From an uncultured virus (IMG/VR IMGVR_UViG_3300010885_058378) (lineage: Duplodnaviria > Heunggongvirae > Uroviricota > Caudoviricetes), in IMG/VR virus record IMGVR_UViG_3300010885_058378, positions 1 through 64,000 of that record: DNA of 64,000 nucleotides; one strand, written 5' to 3'. The translations under genes were made by a program, and so were the position numbers. Numbering within the stretch: position 1 is the first letter of the stretch; each line of letters begins with the position of its first letter. This document shows, in pieces, positions 1 through 12,944 of this stretch. Below the pieces are notes generated by a model. It did not search any database, was not told the DNA's origin, and worked only from the letters and a program-made list of their open reading frames with translations.

Positions 1-1
1 A

Positions 2-190
2 ACCAGTAAAAATCGGGACATGGCTAACCTTCTGGAAGAAGGTAAGTTTGAGAACACAAAATGGTATGTTAGTGGTCAAACAGTTGGTAATATTATGAAA
101 CGATTAGGATATGAAGGTAAGCGTGGACGTAAACCAACTCGACCTTATGTAATTAATAATACTGGACCAAGATGGTCTGAAAGAGTTTAG
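2..190 (+). CDS. partial (5'-truncated) protein, HTH-like C-terminus
   Basis: Manually translated open frame TSKNRDMANLLEEG...VSGQTVGNIMKRLGYEGKRGRKP...ERV*; not in ORF track. Confidence 0.55.
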   Translation, partial: TSKNRDMANLLEEGKFENTKWYVSGQTVGNIMKRLGYEGKRGRKPTRPYVINNTGPRWSERV

Positions 191-197
191 TTAAATT

Positions 198-611
198 ATG
201 AACAATCCTGACAATCCAGAAGATAATGACCCTTACAAATTCTACTTTCAGATAGATACTGAATGGGTCAAGAAATATATGGATAGTCTGCTTAATAAGA
301 TAGAATATAAATGGATAAGTAAGGAGGCAATAGAAGATGCGTTGAAGAACCTATCTAACTATAATACTCCATTACTTCCAGATGGATTTTCTCCGATTGC
401 GTTACCTGTGAATAGTTCGTTCTCCAGTACAGCGGATGATAAAAAGTCCCTGTACTTGGGGAACAACTATTGGAACGAAGGAATATGGAAAATGAAATAC
501 TTTATCTATAATAAATTACAGAAAGAGTATGAATTACATTTACAGAGTCATGCTAGTCATGTGGTTAGTCAGCCACGATATTATGAATCTTTATTTGAAA
601 TACTTAATTAG
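198..611 (+). CDS. hypothetical protein
   Basis: 137 aa ORF in co-oriented gene string. Confidence 0.6.
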   Translation: MNNPDNPEDNDPYKFYFQIDTEWVKKYMDSLLNKIEYKWISKEAIEDALKNLSNYNTPLLPDGFSPIALPVNSSFSSTADDKKSLYLGNNYWNEGIWKMKYFIYNKLQKEYELHLQSHASHVVSQPRYYESLFEILN

Positions 612-619
612 GAAGACTT

Positions 620-1054
620 ATGAAAGATAACTGGTATGTAATTCATGACATGGATGCGTTTACTAACCACGCCAGAGTATTAGTTTATAATGCTTTTGGT
701 AGTGGCTTATCAGAAGATAAAGAAGATCCAGAAATTGACGATCTAATATCTGTTAAACCAGAAGATAAGGATGAGTTAGATAAAATATTATCTTTTGAAG
801 AATCTTTGAATATAGCAACCCAAATCGTTAAAAAACAGAAAAACAAAAAGACAAATAGTATACGATATGTTGTAAACGATATTATATTTTCAGAAGTATT
901 AGAGTCTTTGAACGACAGAATGGTAAGTAATCTGTTGAATAACTTGGTAAATAAGGGAGTTCTTGAAACGGGATTTGATAATGAGACTAATGATTTCCTG
1001 TTTTGGATAAAAGACAATGATAACAAAAAATCTGAAAAGCCAGAAACCGATTGA
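620..1054 (+). CDS. hypothetical protein
   Basis: 144 aa ORF, AGGAAG RBS upstream. Confidence 0.7.
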   Translation: MKDNWYVIHDMDAFTNHARVLVYNAFGSGLSEDKEDPEIDDLISVKPEDKDELDKILSFEESLNIATQIVKKQKNKKTNSIRYVVNDIIFSEVLESLNDRMVSNLLNNLVNKGVLETGFDNETNDFLFWIKDNDNKKSEKPETD

Positions 1055-1427
1055 AATTGATGCTTCATTTAAATATAAATGTCCATCTGAGGATTGTGAA
1101 AATGAACATTGGCTCTTTCTAAGACAAGCACAGGTTAAGAACTTTAAGATAGTCTGCGAGTGCGGTTTGATTTTCAAACCTAAACAGGTCAAAAACATTA
1201 AAATAATTTACGAAAGACCCACAAAGAAACGAAAGATCGCAGAAGATATTGTGGATAGTATTCCTGTTGATCTATTGAACCAGTGTGCTAAGATTCTGTC
1301 TGGTTACGGATTTGATTTGGATGAGTCTAAAGAATTGATTAAACAATCATATAATTCTTGCAAGACTAACGATATTGGTTTATTAGTTAAAAACGCTTTA
1401 AAATCTTTTGGAGAAAAAAATGGCTAA
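1017..1427 (+). CDS. Zn-ribbon protein with RuvA domain III-like C-terminus
   Basis: CPSEDC...CEC Cys pairs; C-terminal CAKILSGYGFDLDESKELIK...IGLLVKNALK resembles RuvA C-terminal domain (ALxxLGY...LIRxAL); overlaps ruvB start. Confidence 0.6.
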   Translation: MITKNLKSQKPIEIDASFKYKCPSEDCENEHWLFLRQAQVKNFKIVCECGLIFKPKQVKNIKIIYERPTKKRKIAEDIVDSIPVDLLNQCAKILSGYGFDLDESKELIKQSYNSCKTNDIGLLVKNALKSFGEKNG

Positions 1428-2331
1428 AGGTATTCGACCATCAACTTTTGATAAAATCATTGGACAGGATAATGTTAAGGAGCGTCTGCGAGTGTCTGTG
1501 ATGGGTTGTAAAAACACAGGCACGGTGATGCCTCACGTTTTAATAGACGGCCCTCCTGGCCTTGGTAAGACCACCATAGCGAGTGCCATAGCGAACGAGT
1601 TGGGGGTGAACCTTTATACCACCAATGCTGCAAATATACGAAGCATAAAAAATATTATCCCATATATTATGGGGATTGAACCAAGATCAGTTTTGTTCAT
1701 TGATGAAATCCATAGATTACCTAAAATTGTAGAAGAATTTCTATATCCAATCATGGAAGATTTTGTACTCAATATAACTGTAAAAAATGATGAGGATAAG
1801 GATGTTCCAGAAACTATTGATCTTCCAATGTTTACTGTTGTTGGTGCTACAACCAGTGGTGGAAGTTTAAGTCAACCATTTTATGATCGCTTTTGTATTA
1901 AAGAACATCTATCTTTTTACAATACAGATGATCTAGCTAAACTAGCAAGGTTGAATTCGTCTAAATTAGGAGTAGTCATAGAGGACTCAGACCTCTTAGA
2001 GATTGCACGACGAAGTAAAGGTACTCCAAGAATTCTAAATGCTAGATTGCAATGGTATAAAAATTATATGTCTTGTAATCCAGATAAAACTATTTCTGTG
2101 GATGAGATATTTAATGTTCAGGGTATTGATAATAATGGTCTTGATGTTTATGATAGACTATATATTGATATCTTGAAAAAGAGCAAAGGATCTCCGCTTG
2201 GATTAAAAGCAATATCATCAATGACAGGAATTGCAATCGAAACTATTGAGAATAGTATTGAGCCATTTCTTGTTAGGAGAGGATATGTTATTAGAACTCA
2301 GAAGGGAAGAATTTTAGGATCACAACCCTAA
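1420..2331 (+). CDS. ruvB: Holliday junction branch-migration ATPase RuvB
   Basis: IRP..F..IIGQ, GPPGLGKT Walker A, LFIDEIHRL, GATT, GTPR, IEPFL, RT.KGR motifs; ATG 1420 after GGAG (track starts at 1408). Confidence 0.95.
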   Translation: MAKGIRPSTFDKIIGQDNVKERLRVSVMGCKNTGTVMPHVLIDGPPGLGKTTIASAIANELGVNLYTTNAANIRSIKNIIPYIMGIEPRSVLFIDEIHRLPKIVEEFLYPIMEDFVLNITVKNDEDKDVPETIDLPMFTVVGATTSGGSLSQPFYDRFCIKEHLSFYNTDDLAKLARLNSSKLGVVIEDSDLLEIARRSKGTPRILNARLQWYKNYMSCNPDKTISVDEIFNVQGIDNNGLDVYDRLYIDILKKSKGSPLGLKAISSMTGIAIETIENSIEPFLVRRGYVIRTQKGRILGSQP

Positions 2332-2367
2332 ATCTATCTGTTAATAATCTAATATCAAGATACTAAA

Positions 2368-2390
2368 GGGGCCTTTTTGGCCCCTTTTTT
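2368..2390 (+). terminator. rho-independent terminator after ruvB
   Basis: GGGGCC-TTTTT-GGCCCC followed by TTTTTT. Confidence 0.9.
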
Positions 2391-2401
2391 ATTGGTATGG
2401 T

Positions 2402-2417
2402 GGTGTAATCTACCTTA
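2402..2417 (+). promoter_or_regulatory. GGTGTA-N8-TA motif (candidate phage promoter)
   Basis: Directly after terminator, 19 nt before ATG 2427; motif recurs upstream of about 12 genes. Confidence 0.6.
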
Positions 2418-2426
2418 GAGGAATCT

Positions 2427-2738
2427 ATGATAGATACTATATACATACTATTAATTATATTGATACTATTAAATATAGTATTTTTCTTTTTGGGATACTT
2501 CCTTGGTCGATTAAATAGTAGTCAGACCACTATTGGGAGTCAGCCAGTTTCATTTTTTGATAAGAGCAAATCAAATAATGATAATTCTATTAATAAAATT
2601 ACTATTGACGAGAGCAAGTATGTAACAGATATTAAGACATCTGGTATGGAGAAAAAATACGAAAATCTTGGCGAAACAAAAATATCTACAGAAAATATAG
2701 AGTCTTCAATTAATAAACTTAAGAATATAAAGAGGTAA
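2427..2738 (+). CDS. single-pass membrane protein
   Basis: Hydrophobic N-terminal helix (IYILLIILILLNIVFFFLGYFLG). Confidence 0.75.
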   Translation: MIDTIYILLIILILLNIVFFFLGYFLGRLNSSQTTIGSQPVSFFDKSKSNNDNSINKITIDESKYVTDIKTSGMEKKYENLGETKISTENIESSINKLKNIKR

Positions 2739-2743
2739 TATTT

Positions 2744-3745
2744 ATGGGAAAAGGCTTAGATGTTGGAACTAGTTATATTGTATTATCTCAAGACTCTTCT
2801 AGTGGCGTTGTATACAAAGATTTTAGAGATGCTTTTTATATTATCAAGCCAACCACCCCAGTTTCAACAAAAATGATTGAAAAAGGATTATCTGGAAAGA
2901 TTTTTATTAAAGATACTGATGGTTCATTCATTATCTTGGGGAAAGATGCTATTGAAAAGGCTATTGAACGTAATGACAACGCAAAGCGACCCATGAGCAA
3001 AGGCGTCGTATCCGCCAAGGAAAAGGATGCCAAGCGTGTTCTAGCCTTCATTTTAAAAGAAGTGGCCGGACAGGCATCAGAACAAAATGAGAAACTCGTA
3101 TTCTGCGTCCCAGCACAACCAGTTGACCAAGAAGATGAGGATTTTGATGTTGGATATCATGAGGATGTAGTCAAGGCTATTTTGGGTGAATGTGGATATG
3201 ATGCTAGAGCAATTAATGAAGCAGAGGCTTTATGCTATGCTGAATTAGGCGACGAAGATTACACTGGAATAGCAGTATCATGTGGGGCAGGAATGACTAA
3301 TGTGTGTGTGATGTTAAATGGCGAACCAACAGTTGTATTTAGCACAACAAAATCTGGAGATTGGGTTGATCGTATGAGTGCGGTAGCCACTGGCGAAAAA
3401 GATAGTGTTGTGCAAGCTGAAAAAGAAGGTGGTGGATTTGTGATTGGTGAACATAATGATAATCCAGTTTTATCAGCAGTATCCTCATACTATGAGAGAT
3501 TAATCGATTATACAACAAAGCAATTAACTGTTGCATTATCTGGTCATAAGGCTTTGCCAAAATTTAAAAACCCATTAACTATTGTGGTTGCTGGAGGAAC
3601 GTCTCAAGCAAACGGATATATTGAGATTTTTACTAAAAAATTATCAGAAAATAACTTTCCTTTATCAATTAAAGTAGTCAAGCATGCTTCAGACCCCTTA
3701 CATGCTGTATCAAAAGGATGTTTAATAGCAGCAAAGGTATTATGA
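2744..3745 (+). CDS. actin-like ATPase (MreB/MamK/ParM superfamily)
   Basis: GLDVGTS phosphate-1, INEAEA connect, SCGAGMT phosphate-2, VVAGGTS adenosine motif, AVSKG C-terminal motif. Confidence 0.85.
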   Translation: MGKGLDVGTSYIVLSQDSSSGVVYKDFRDAFYIIKPTTPVSTKMIEKGLSGKIFIKDTDGSFIILGKDAIEKAIERNDNAKRPMSKGVVSAKEKDAKRVLAFILKEVAGQASEQNEKLVFCVPAQPVDQEDEDFDVGYHEDVVKAILGECGYDARAINEAEALCYAELGDEDYTGIAVSCGAGMTNVCVMLNGEPTVVFSTTKSGDWVDRMSAVATGEKDSVVQAEKEGGGFVIGEHNDNPVLSAVSSYYERLIDYTTKQLTVALSGHKALPKFKNPLTIVVAGGTSQANGYIEIFTKKLSENNFPLSIKVVKHASDPLHAVSKGCLIAAKVL

Positions 3746-3746
3746 G

Positions 3747-6700
3747 ATGGTTGACAATATCAAAATTATTGGATTAAATCCTAATCAAAGTCCAACGCCA
3801 ACAAAAAGTGTTACTCCAACACCTACAAAAACACCTACAAATACTCCAACAAATACTATAACTCCGACAAAAAGTCAAACACCAACAGCAACCCCGACAG
3901 TAACATCAACAGTAACTCCCACCAAAACAGCCACAAGAACACCTACAAAATCTTTATGTGTATGGAATGGATATGGCCAAGTATGGTTAGCTAACTGTAA
4001 TAATGAGAAAATTAATGTTCGTTGGATTAGAACTTCTCTTAATAATTGGACTGGAACATTCAATTATGGATCAAATAGTATCACATCAACAATAGCATAT
4101 AATGAAAATTTATTAAATGTAAAGAATACCAGTTGTAAGGATTTATGGACAGTAACTTTTAATTTTAGTTGTATTCCTTATGGTCAATCATTATCTTATG
4201 ATTTACCTCATTGTTCATGTAATAGTCCTGGAATTATTGTAATTAGTAGTTCAGCATCTAATTGTATGTGTACTACTCCAACACCAACTCCAACAATTAC
4301 AGCAACAAATACCCAAACACCAACTCTCACACCAACAACAACCCAAACAAAAACTCCAACACCAACAACAACCCAAACAAAAACTCCAACACCAAGCAAT
4401 ACGGTTACGCCAACTCCCACAATTACTGTAACACCAACAAGTAATCTGACAAAAACGCCAACACTAACACCAACAATAACTCCGACAACAACGCAGTGCT
4501 ATCCAGCTCCTCCAATAGGATTATTAGCAGAATGTAGTTCATGTGAGTCTGGCTCATTAATTAATTTAAGTTGGTATCCTCCAGAAACAGAATCATCTTG
4601 TTTAAATGGATTTGACGTACAAATGTTGGCAAATAATACTGTTGTCTCTAATAAATATGTTGGAGATGGGAACTATGGTATTCAAATAGTATTGCTTCAA
4701 GATAATAGAACTTACACATTTAGAATACGATCTTCTTCTGGCTTTGGAGGTAATAATTTTAGTCAATGGATAGAATTCCCTGGATCCTTTACTAATAATA
4801 TCTGTTGTCCAACCCCGACCCCAACCCCGACTCCAACAGAAACAATAACAAACACCCCTACTCCCACAATGACCGTTACTCCAACAGAAACAACAATAAA
4901 TACTCCCACACCAACCCAAACTCCAACTCCAACTCCAACAGATGCTTCGATGAAGATAAGTAATCTATCATTCTGTGAAGATAATGAATTTGTTGAAGGA
5001 CAGATGGCTATTAATATTAGCTGGGATATAGTCAATGACAATATGGATTCTAGTAAGATCTATTGTTTAGCTTACCAAAAATATTCTGGAGATGCTTGGA
5101 CATATTACCATTCATTAAGCAATAGTAATATAAAATATTATGCAATACCCAATATTGGTGATAATAAGATTAAAATAGATCAAAACTTTAATAATTTCGG
5201 TGGACCAGATATAATACCATATGGTATAAGATTAGTTTTAGTGCCAGATCAGTTAGCTGGTGGTTTTATTTCATTATATGAAACAGATACTACTGGGTGT
5301 ATTGTGGCTGAAGCTTTTAATAGTTCATTATTGTGTTTCACTCCAACTCCTACTAGAACACCCACACCTACCCAAACATTAACACCATCGCCAACAGTAA
5401 CTCCAACACCAACAAGTATGCCTCAGAGTTGCTATTCTGTAGCCGATGTTTGTTGTTGTATATATGATGGTCAGGGAAGTTCTGATCCGGTAAATGGTAT
5501 TATCACATGGACACCTATAGATTCTACTACTTGTACTTTGTTTGATGGTTATGAGATTGAGCAATATAATGGTACTTGGATTAATTTATTCACTTTGAAT
5601 GGCATCTCAACAAACCAATGTCCAATACAAATACCTTCTACTATAGAATATTCTAAGTTTAGAGTAAGACCAGTCTCGTTAGATTTGACATCTTATGGAA
5701 ATTGGACAGAATCTAAGAATATCGACTATGATGGACCCTTGTGCAACGGGAGTTTGTGCGATAATAAAATTTCTGTTTATAATGTATCTGCACAATGTAA
5801 CTGCGGAGTCATAGGCACAGAAGCATCAAACGGTAATCAATCTAGTATATTAGATAACTCAATTCTAGTAAATTTTAAATGTAATGATAATGATATTACA
5901 AGTTTCACAATTGACTATATAGCATCATCATCACAAAATTATAATTATTATCAACCAGAAACAAAATTTTCTTTTCCCATAGAATCAAAACTGCTAACTG
6001 ATACTATAAATTCTAATGTTTTAGAATTAGAATATAACAATCAATTTAAAAAGAGTATAATTACTAGTTACTCATATATTACTATTAATAATATTAAATA
6101 TGCTATTTTATCATCTAATACTATGATTGATAAAGTTGTAATCAATATATCACAAAGAGTTAACATATCTGCTGGATCAATAGTCTTTGTAGAGCAATGG
6201 GCAACAGCAGGATTAGTCAATCAATCTATGACTATAGAAAATTTAACTAGAAATTCTGATAATTCTATAAGTTTTAAAGCGCGTCCTGATACCAGTAATC
6301 AGTTTATTATTTTTGATCCTTGCTTAGCAACTATTAGAATTGGAGCCCTTGGTATAGACAGAAGTATTAATGGATTTCAACAACAACTTGATAGTCTAAA
6401 AACTATAGCAAATACAACACTATGTACTAATGACATGGCGGTAGCTGCTCCGATGGACTTAACTATACAATGTACTAGATTAAATAATAATTCTGATGAA
6501 AGATTTTTAGTATTTAACTGGACATATCCAGAAAATATAAACAATATAACCACATATCAATTAGATATTAAATTAGATACTATACTTAGCGGCATCGGAA
6601 GCAATGGGCCTTACACAATTGATAATCTTTGGTCCAGTGAAACATATGGATTTACATACAATCAATATAATTTATATAAAAATAGATATCCTATAAACTA

Positions 6701-7967
6701 TCCATATAATCAAAATTTTAACATTAGCGTAATAGGACGCAATAATATTCCTAATAAAATGGCTTTAAAAGTAAACAGTTCAAATAATTTACAAGAAGGA
6801 TATATTTATTCATTTAGAATAAGATCATTAAATGAATATACTGGACAATATAGTAGTTGGAGTAATGTGATAGCGGGTATAAATCCATTTACATGTTGGG
6901 ATCATGGAATACACATCTCAGAAATAGTGGTTGGAGACGAAGGTTTTTCTGATAAGTCTAGACAATTCACTATAACTTTTGATAAAAATGTTGGTTGTTG
7001 GAAAAATTTCCAATATAAAACATATAATCCTAACACCGTCAGTTCTGCACAATGGATTGATGTAAAAACACAAACATCAGCAACAACAGATTGTTCGCAA
7101 TTCATTACTAATGTAATTATACCAGATATAGATTCATCAATTTGCTTTAAGTTCTATTCTATAGACTCTAGCGGGAATACGGTCGAAACTAGTAATGAAT
7201 ATTGTTTAAGTGTTCCTCCTGTTATTCCTCCAATTGTTGATCCTCCTCCTCCAGTATGTCCAGATACAGTATTATCAAGCATAAGAGTAATGTATAGTGA
7301 TACAAAAAATAAAGGTCCGTGTGGAGGTGGGCATAATTGTAATAGAGCACAATTTATTTTATCTATTAATGATATTTTTATAGGAAATGTTAATCTTAAT
7401 AATGCTGGTGGAGGCACTGACCCTGGTACACCAACAAATCCTAGTGATTTTCCAAGTTTAATTCCAATAGGATCACGAGATAGAGGAAATAAATTTAATA
7501 TACCATTTGATAGTTTAGGTAATACGATGATTACTCCTATATTATTAAATAACGGATCATTGGGATATAAAATTAATTTGATTTGTGCAAATAATCAAAA
7601 TATAATAATGCCACTATGCGATTTAACTCAAGACACAGATTGGATTTATAATGGAAGTGGTCCTAAATGTAATCCTTTATTAAATAATAATAATTTATGG
7701 ATGTCTGACGGATCAACATTTAGCACTTTCAAGTGTTGTGCTGCTCATTCAGATAGTTATACGTATGTTGGCGGATCTAATGGTTGTCATACTGGAATAG
7801 CATGGATTGAACTATTAGACATTGATAATAATATAGTGTTAAGTTGCTGTGTTCCTGTTGATACAGTATCATACATATTAACAGATAATGCTAAGTGTTT
7901 AGATAAGAATGCTTCTTTACAAAATAATGCTTTTGGTCTGGAATTTTTAACTATTACAAATAATTAG
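3747..7967 (+). CDS. large Thr-Pro-repeat, Cys-rich protein with FN3-like domains (putative virion surface protein)
   Basis: 1406 aa; four (TP)n tracts; FN3-like patterns LSWYPP..YTFRIRS..FSQW and FNWTYP..YSFRIRS..SSWS. Confidence 0.75.
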   Translation: MVDNIKIIGLNPNQSPTPTKSVTPTPTKTPTNTPTNTITPTKSQTPTATPTVTSTVTPTKTATRTPTKSLCVWNGYGQVWLANCNNEKINVRWIRTSLNNWTGTFNYGSNSITSTIAYNENLLNVKNTSCKDLWTVTFNFSCIPYGQSLSYDLPHCSCNSPGIIVISSSASNCMCTTPTPTPTITATNTQTPTLTPTTTQTKTPTPTTTQTKTPTPSNTVTPTPTITVTPTSNLTKTPTLTPTITPTTTQCYPAPPIGLLAECSSCESGSLINLSWYPPETESSCLNGFDVQMLANNTVVSNKYVGDGNYGIQIVLLQDNRTYTFRIRSSSGFGGNNFSQWIEFPGSFTNNICCPTPTPTPTPTETITNTPTPTMTVTPTETTINTPTPTQTPTPTPTDASMKISNLSFCEDNEFVEGQMAINISWDIVNDNMDSSKIYCLAYQKYSGDAWTYYHSLSNSNIKYYAIPNIGDNKIKIDQNFNNFGGPDIIPYGIRLVLVPDQLAGGFISLYETDTTGCIVAEAFNSSLLCFTPTPTRTPTPTQTLTPSPTVTPTPTSMPQSCYSVADVCCCIYDGQGSSDPVNGIITWTPIDSTTCTLFDGYEIEQYNGTWINLFTLNGISTNQCPIQIPSTIEYSKFRVRPVSLDLTSYGNWTESKNIDYDGPLCNGSLCDNKISVYNVSAQCNCGVIGTEASNGNQSSILDNSILVNFKCNDNDITSFTIDYIASSSQNYNYYQPETKFSFPIESKLLTDTINSNVLELEYNNQFKKSIITSYSYITINNIKYAILSSNTMIDKVVINISQRVNISAGSIVFVEQWATAGLVNQSMTIENLTRNSDNSISFKARPDTSNQFIIFDPCLATIRIGALGIDRSINGFQQQLDSLKTIANTTLCTNDMAVAAPMDLTIQCTRLNNNSDERFLVFNWTYPENINNITTYQLDIKLDTILSGIGSNGPYTIDNLWSSETYGFTYNQYNLYKNRYPINYPYNQNFNISVIGRNNIPNKMALKVNSSNNLQEGYIYSFRIRSLNEYTGQYSSWSNVIAGINPFTCWDHGIHISEIVVGDEGFSDKSRQFTITFDKNVGCWKNFQYKTYNPNTVSSAQWIDVKTQTSATTDCSQFITNVIIPDIDSSICFKFYSIDSSGNTVETSNEYCLSVPPVIPPIVDPPPPVCPDTVLSSIRVMYSDTKNKGPCGGGHNCNRAQFILSINDIFIGNVNLNNAGGGTDPGTPTNPSDFPSLIPIGSRDRGNKFNIPFDSLGNTMITPILLNNGSLGYKINLICANNQNIIMPLCDLTQDTDWIYNGSGPKCNPLLNNNNLWMSDGSTFSTFKCCAAHSDSYTYVGGSNGCHTGIAWIELLDIDNNIVLSCCVPVDTVSYILTDNAKCLDKNASLQNNAFGLEFLTITNN

Positions 7968-7977
7968 GAATGTAATT

Positions 7978-10900
7978 ATGTCAATTTATGATAATGTGTT
8001 TTTTGAAGGTTTCAGTATACGAGACGATCAAAATATTATTCGTTTAGATCCATACTATTGGACTACTAATACATTATATACTAATGATCAATTATATGGA
8101 CTAGACTCTGGCGATTTAGGATTTATATTCCAAGCTTATGATGAAAATTTACGAGGTCAAAATTATATAACATTACAAAATTTTAAACAAATACCAAATT
8201 ATTTTTCTTTGTATTTTTGGACTAGTGGATCACTAATGCCTAAAAAAGTATTAAGAACAGTTATTAATGGCTATCCTCAGTATGAATATCCTTCTTGGAA
8301 TATTTTAACATTATGGTCTAGTAGTGGTCCAGTTACACTTACTGTTGTTCCTGTTTATAGTTATGATCCTGCTGGTTGTTTAGAAAATTTATATTATAAT
8401 CTTGTTGTTAATTTTGGAGCATCCACTTTTACTTATAATTTAAATCTAAATAATGAGATTAATGATCTTGCAATAGGCGGATTGCACTTTATGTCTTATA
8501 TGAATGTATGGAATTGTCAAGATAATTTTAATGCTTCAATACTTATTTTAAATTATGATATAGTTATTGAAAATAATCAACTGCGTATTTACATATCAAA
8601 TCCATGGAGTAACAGAGATAAAAAACCATTAGTAGATAGTCAAGGAAATGATTATATCAATGTAGACTCTAATAATGAAATTTTTGGAATAACATTTTAT
8701 AATAATAAAGTTGCTGCTAATGAAATAGATACAGGATCACCACCTACTGTATTATATAATGTTATTGTTAATGCTCCTTTTTTAAGTAATACAATAAATA
8801 AATATCGTGTTAAAAATAATAAAGGAAATAAAGTAAAATCAAGTATTGATTCATGGCGATCTATAATAGATAAAAACAATACTAATAATGGTAGTATTAT
8901 AAATTCATTAATTAATAAGGATACTAATTTTATTTATCCGATTGTAAAACCAGCAATATTAAAATTTGAAGATGATACTGGCACACCTGGACTAGATGGT
9001 TTAGAACCTCCAGTAGTTGGGGATATAATTAAATCAACAAAAATTATTAATCTATTAAAGCTTAATACTCTTCCAGAAGATGAAACAACATGTTTTACTA
9101 ATATATTAGATGATGGAACTAAAATATATCCACTTGGAGATACTAAATATTTATCTCCATCTAATGATTATTCTACACTTACTAGTATAGTTCCGAATAA
9201 TCCGTCTACAAACCTTGAATGGTCAGTAGATGATTTAAATAATATGAAATTTGGATTTATTTATCCAAGTGGGGCTTTAAAATGCTCTCCCGCTACAAGA
9301 TATTCATTACTAAATATAGTACCACAAAAAAGTAAACTTAATTGGTTAGAGCCAGATTGTGTTTCTACTTTAGGGGTTAATAGTCAAGAATTTCAAGTAT
9401 CATATGATTGTGGAAGCACATGGAATACAGTAAATTATGGAGTAATAAATAAAGAACTATTAAATGTTCCATATGCAGATTGGCCAAAAGCATTATATGA
9501 ACTATCTACTTTAGCTGATTATAATCCTCCATCTCCTCAAACAAATTGTGGACAAAATCCAACTCGCTACCGAATGAGATATGCTGATCTAAGCAAAAAA
9601 TGTTCATATGGAGAATGGGTAGATTTCACTTTGTTCAATATTCCAACTCCCACTCCAACTAAAACACCAACTAAAACACCAACGCCAACACTAACTCCAT
9701 CATCAACAAAAGTATTAAATTGTTTTAATATAATAACACAGCCTACAGATCAATTTTTAAATCAATCAGATGGATCAACTGCAACTTTCCAAGCAACTTT
9801 AAGTTCAGAAGCGCTTAGTAAAATTGGACTTTTTCCTGATGGTTGGAACTATGGGAATAATCATATGGTATGGGAGTTCTGGTCCCCGCTAGATGGATAT
9901 TGGCTCCCTGTTAATCTTATATGTTCTGCTGTTGATGGATATTTTTCAGCAATTAATGAGGGTAATTATTATGATAACTGTAATGCTCCATATCCTCTTA
10001 ATGACACAGATTCTTTAACTATAACATATAAAGCAAGTGATATTCCTCCAGGGGGCACAGAACCTTTAGTATGGAGTAATGTTGCTATCCGTAGAGGAGG
10101 TTCGCAACTTGGAAGTATATATGATATAAGTTTTAGATTAGCAATAGCTTTTAATACTCCAGTATACTTTCCAGGGTATGGGAATCAGAATGTATGTTAT
10201 TCAAATGTTGTTAAGCTTTTAAGAAATCCCGCTACTCCAACACCAACACCAACAAGAACACAAACACAAACACCGACTAAATATTTAACAGCAACACCAA
10301 CAAAATCAACAACTCCAACAAATAGTATAACACCTAGCATAACAAACACAGCCACTATAACTTCAACACCAACAGTAACACCAACATCAACTCAACCAGG
10401 ATCTCTTCGTAATGCTATTATGATGCCGGATATTAATGGTATAAATGTAGAGTGGATTAGTCCATATAATGACAGCTCAACTATTGGTTTTAGAATAACT
10501 GCTATTTATGTTTACGAAAATGGACCATCTACAAATTATGCACAACATTCATATATTGATGTTTTAATTGGAGATGCTGGTCTTAACAACTATTGTACTA
10601 ATCTTATATTAGAAAAAGGATCAGATAATTGTTGGTCATATAATATTGGAGGAATTAATGATCAAAATGTTCTTTATTTAGTAACTGTAACTCCAATAAC
10701 AGCTAATGGACCAGCATATCTTAAAAGAGTTTATGCTCGTGTAACACAGAACTTTTGGGATACTCATCCATCATATCAAGAAAGAATACATAATATTAGT
10801 GATTTTATTTATAGCAATTACAATCATGATCTATATACAGTACCTGGAGATTTTTCATTTGTGGCCGTAGAACCAACGCCAACCCCAACAACTTCTAATA

Positions 10901-12942
10901 CTCCAACTAAAACATCAAGTACCACCCCAACAAGAACTCCAACCAACTCTGTTACTCCAACCAACTCTGTTACTCCAACCAATTCTGTTACTCCAACACC
11001 AGGATTAACAAAAACACCAACACCATCAATAACTAAAACTCAAACTCCAACTAATAGCGCAACACCAACAACGGGTTTAACTCGCACACCAACCCCAACT
11101 ACTAGTCCAACAACAACACCTACTAATAGCATAACACCAAGCATAACAAAAACAAAAACTCCAACACCATCATTTACAAGTACTCCAAGAATAATTATTA
11201 TTCCATTAACAACACCAACACCAACAAATACTCCAACAAATACAACAACTCCTACAACAACACCAACAAGTTCAGTAACACCAAGTAATACCGTTACAAG
11301 AACTCAAACACCGAGTGTTACACAGACTAGAACTCCAACAGGAACAAATTTAATACCAGGAGTATCATTAACTCCAACATCAAGTAAAACGCCAACACCA
11401 ACAGCAACACCCACTAAAACGGTAACACCCACTAAAACAGCAACTCAAACTAGAACACCAACAGTTACCCCTTCATCAACTAAAGCCCCATTGCCATCAA
11501 TAACGTGGGGAACATATAATATAAATATCACAGATGGTTCACTAAGTTCAACCGGAAATTCTGCAATTGGTGGATTCTATAGATATGATTGTGTTATGGA
11601 TGAATATGGTAATAAGTTTCATGTTATAGTAGGAAATGAAAAAGAAGTAAGAGGAGGATCAATAGTTGTAGGAAGAGTATATGATATTTTTGTTTCTAGA
11701 GATTTTATAACATGGAATAAATATCCTTCAATAAATGAATCGATATCATCAAATGCTGTATTAATTAGTAATCCAACCGTTTTTAGTGGTCCAGTTAATC
11801 CTGGCGTTAATTTTTCTACACCAGTTGTATATTTTGCATTAATTAATAAAATTGGTTCTACTGTAATAAAACTATGTAGATATGCGTATGGAGATTCTTC
11901 ATCAACATTTGAAGCGTCAGTGCCTCTTCAAAATAATGCTTTTCCACCCAATTTTTTTCTTGGTGGCGAACCTAGATATACCATATCAACAGCTTGGGGC
12001 ATGACTGATACCTACCCAAGTGGTAACAATAGAAAAAATTCTATAATAGTAAAATGGGGAATATATAATGGTCCTACTGGTAATGGAATATTCTCAACTA
12101 ATGCAGCGCAATTTGATGCTGGATACTCTACAACATCAAAAGCACACTTAAGATTTATATCAGAAATCGGAAATGAAAGCAATACTTATAGTACATTCTT
12201 TTTTAGAGATACTGCTAATGGATTATTGAAAACAATAAATTATGCAAATCCTTTGCCATCAATTCCATACCCTCCATACCCGGATTTCTATTCGTGCAGT
12301 TCATCTGGACCTCCATCTTATTATGATTATTGTATAATGGATGCTGGATTATCAATAACCTCAACATTTAAATATAATCCTAATGAATGTAAAACATACA
12401 CTAATCCACCACTGTACGCTGGTTTATATGATGGAAAAAGAAGATTAGGTTTATTGTCTTTTCTTGATTCATATTTTGATGATGATTCAGGTAAATTTTA
12501 CAATACTAGAGATTCTAGTTTTTTTAATGATACTATATATATTGTAAGCAATGAATATTATGATATAATCATAACTAAAAATCAAAAATATGTAGGTGAT
12601 ATACCTCTACCTCGTGTACATATTGCAGATAGTCTCGATCAATCAATAACTAAAGATAGAAATATAGAGTATGGATTTAGTCAAAATCCAAATAACGTTA
12701 TTACTTATACATTTAATACTAATGAATTTTGTGAACAAAATAATTGTTGCAATTGGCCGACATCACCAAATAAACCTGGTGCTTGTTATAATTTAGTTAG
12801 TAGAGATAGATGCTTTGTTCCAGCTGGATATATAATAAACTCTTATGTAGATCATATATTTTTACCACCAGTTTTAATAAATAATAATATTTATATGGTT
12901 TCAAAAAACTTTAATACTATTTTTATGGGCACTATACAATAA
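7978..12942 (+). CDS. large Thr-Pro-repeat protein (putative virion surface protein)
   Basis: 1654 aa; TP/TS tracts including a ~200 aa continuous tract at about 10870-11490. Confidence 0.75.
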   Translation: MSIYDNVFFEGFSIRDDQNIIRLDPYYWTTNTLYTNDQLYGLDSGDLGFIFQAYDENLRGQNYITLQNFKQIPNYFSLYFWTSGSLMPKKVLRTVINGYPQYEYPSWNILTLWSSSGPVTLTVVPVYSYDPAGCLENLYYNLVVNFGASTFTYNLNLNNEINDLAIGGLHFMSYMNVWNCQDNFNASILILNYDIVIENNQLRIYISNPWSNRDKKPLVDSQGNDYINVDSNNEIFGITFYNNKVAANEIDTGSPPTVLYNVIVNAPFLSNTINKYRVKNNKGNKVKSSIDSWRSIIDKNNTNNGSIINSLINKDTNFIYPIVKPAILKFEDDTGTPGLDGLEPPVVGDIIKSTKIINLLKLNTLPEDETTCFTNILDDGTKIYPLGDTKYLSPSNDYSTLTSIVPNNPSTNLEWSVDDLNNMKFGFIYPSGALKCSPATRYSLLNIVPQKSKLNWLEPDCVSTLGVNSQEFQVSYDCGSTWNTVNYGVINKELLNVPYADWPKALYELSTLADYNPPSPQTNCGQNPTRYRMRYADLSKKCSYGEWVDFTLFNIPTPTPTKTPTKTPTPTLTPSSTKVLNCFNIITQPTDQFLNQSDGSTATFQATLSSEALSKIGLFPDGWNYGNNHMVWEFWSPLDGYWLPVNLICSAVDGYFSAINEGNYYDNCNAPYPLNDTDSLTITYKASDIPPGGTEPLVWSNVAIRRGGSQLGSIYDISFRLAIAFNTPVYFPGYGNQNVCYSNVVKLLRNPATPTPTPTRTQTQTPTKYLTATPTKSTTPTNSITPSITNTATITSTPTVTPTSTQPGSLRNAIMMPDINGINVEWISPYNDSSTIGFRITAIYVYENGPSTNYAQHSYIDVLIGDAGLNNYCTNLILEKGSDNCWSYNIGGINDQNVLYLVTVTPITANGPAYLKRVYARVTQNFWDTHPSYQERIHNISDFIYSNYNHDLYTVPGDFSFVAVEPTPTPTTSNTPTKTSSTTPTRTPTNSVTPTNSVTPTNSVTPTPGLTKTPTPSITKTQTPTNSATPTTGLTRTPTPTTSPTTTPTNSITPSITKTKTPTPSFTSTPRIIIIPLTTPTPTNTPTNTTTPTTTPTSSVTPSNTVTRTQTPSVTQTRTPTGTNLIPGVSLTPTSSKTPTPTATPTKTVTPTKTATQTRTPTVTPSSTKAPLPSITWGTYNINITDGSLSSTGNSAIGGFYRYDCVMDEYGNKFHVIVGNEKEVRGGSIVVGRVYDIFVSRDFITWNKYPSINESISSNAVLISNPTVFSGPVNPGVNFSTPVVYFALINKIGSTVIKLCRYAYGDSSSTFEASVPLQNNAFPPNFFLGGEPRYTISTAWGMTDTYPSGNNRKNSIIVKWGIYNGPTGNGIFSTNAAQFDAGYSTTSKAHLRFISEIGNESNTYSTFFFRDTANGLLKTINYANPLPSIPYPPYPDFYSCSSSGPPSYYDYCIMDAGLSITSTFKYNPNECKTYTNPPLYAGLYDGKRRLGLLSFLDSYFDDDSGKFYNTRDSSFFNDTIYIVSNEYYDIIITKNQKYVGDIPLPRVHIADSLDQSITKDRNIEYGFSQNPNNVITYTFNTNEFCEQNNCCNWPTSPNKPGACYNLVSRDRCFVPAGYIINSYVDHIFLPPVLINNNIYMVSKNFNTIFMGTIQ
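10936..10997 (+). repeat. 18-bp tandem repeat x3.4 (TPTNSV)
   Basis: ACTCCAACCAACTCTGTT repeated three times (one mismatch) plus partial copy. Confidence 0.9.
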
Positions 12943-12944
12943 TT

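Noticed and set aside
3875..5041. Minus-strand Val-Gly-rich ORFs
   Set aside because: Antisense shadows of the TP tracts
3780..11490. ACACCAAC/ACTCCAAC-rich repeats as a CRISPR array or DGR repeats
   Set aside because: They are in-frame Thr-Pro codons with synonymous variation; no constant repeat-spacer period, no TR/VR pair and no reverse transcriptase seen
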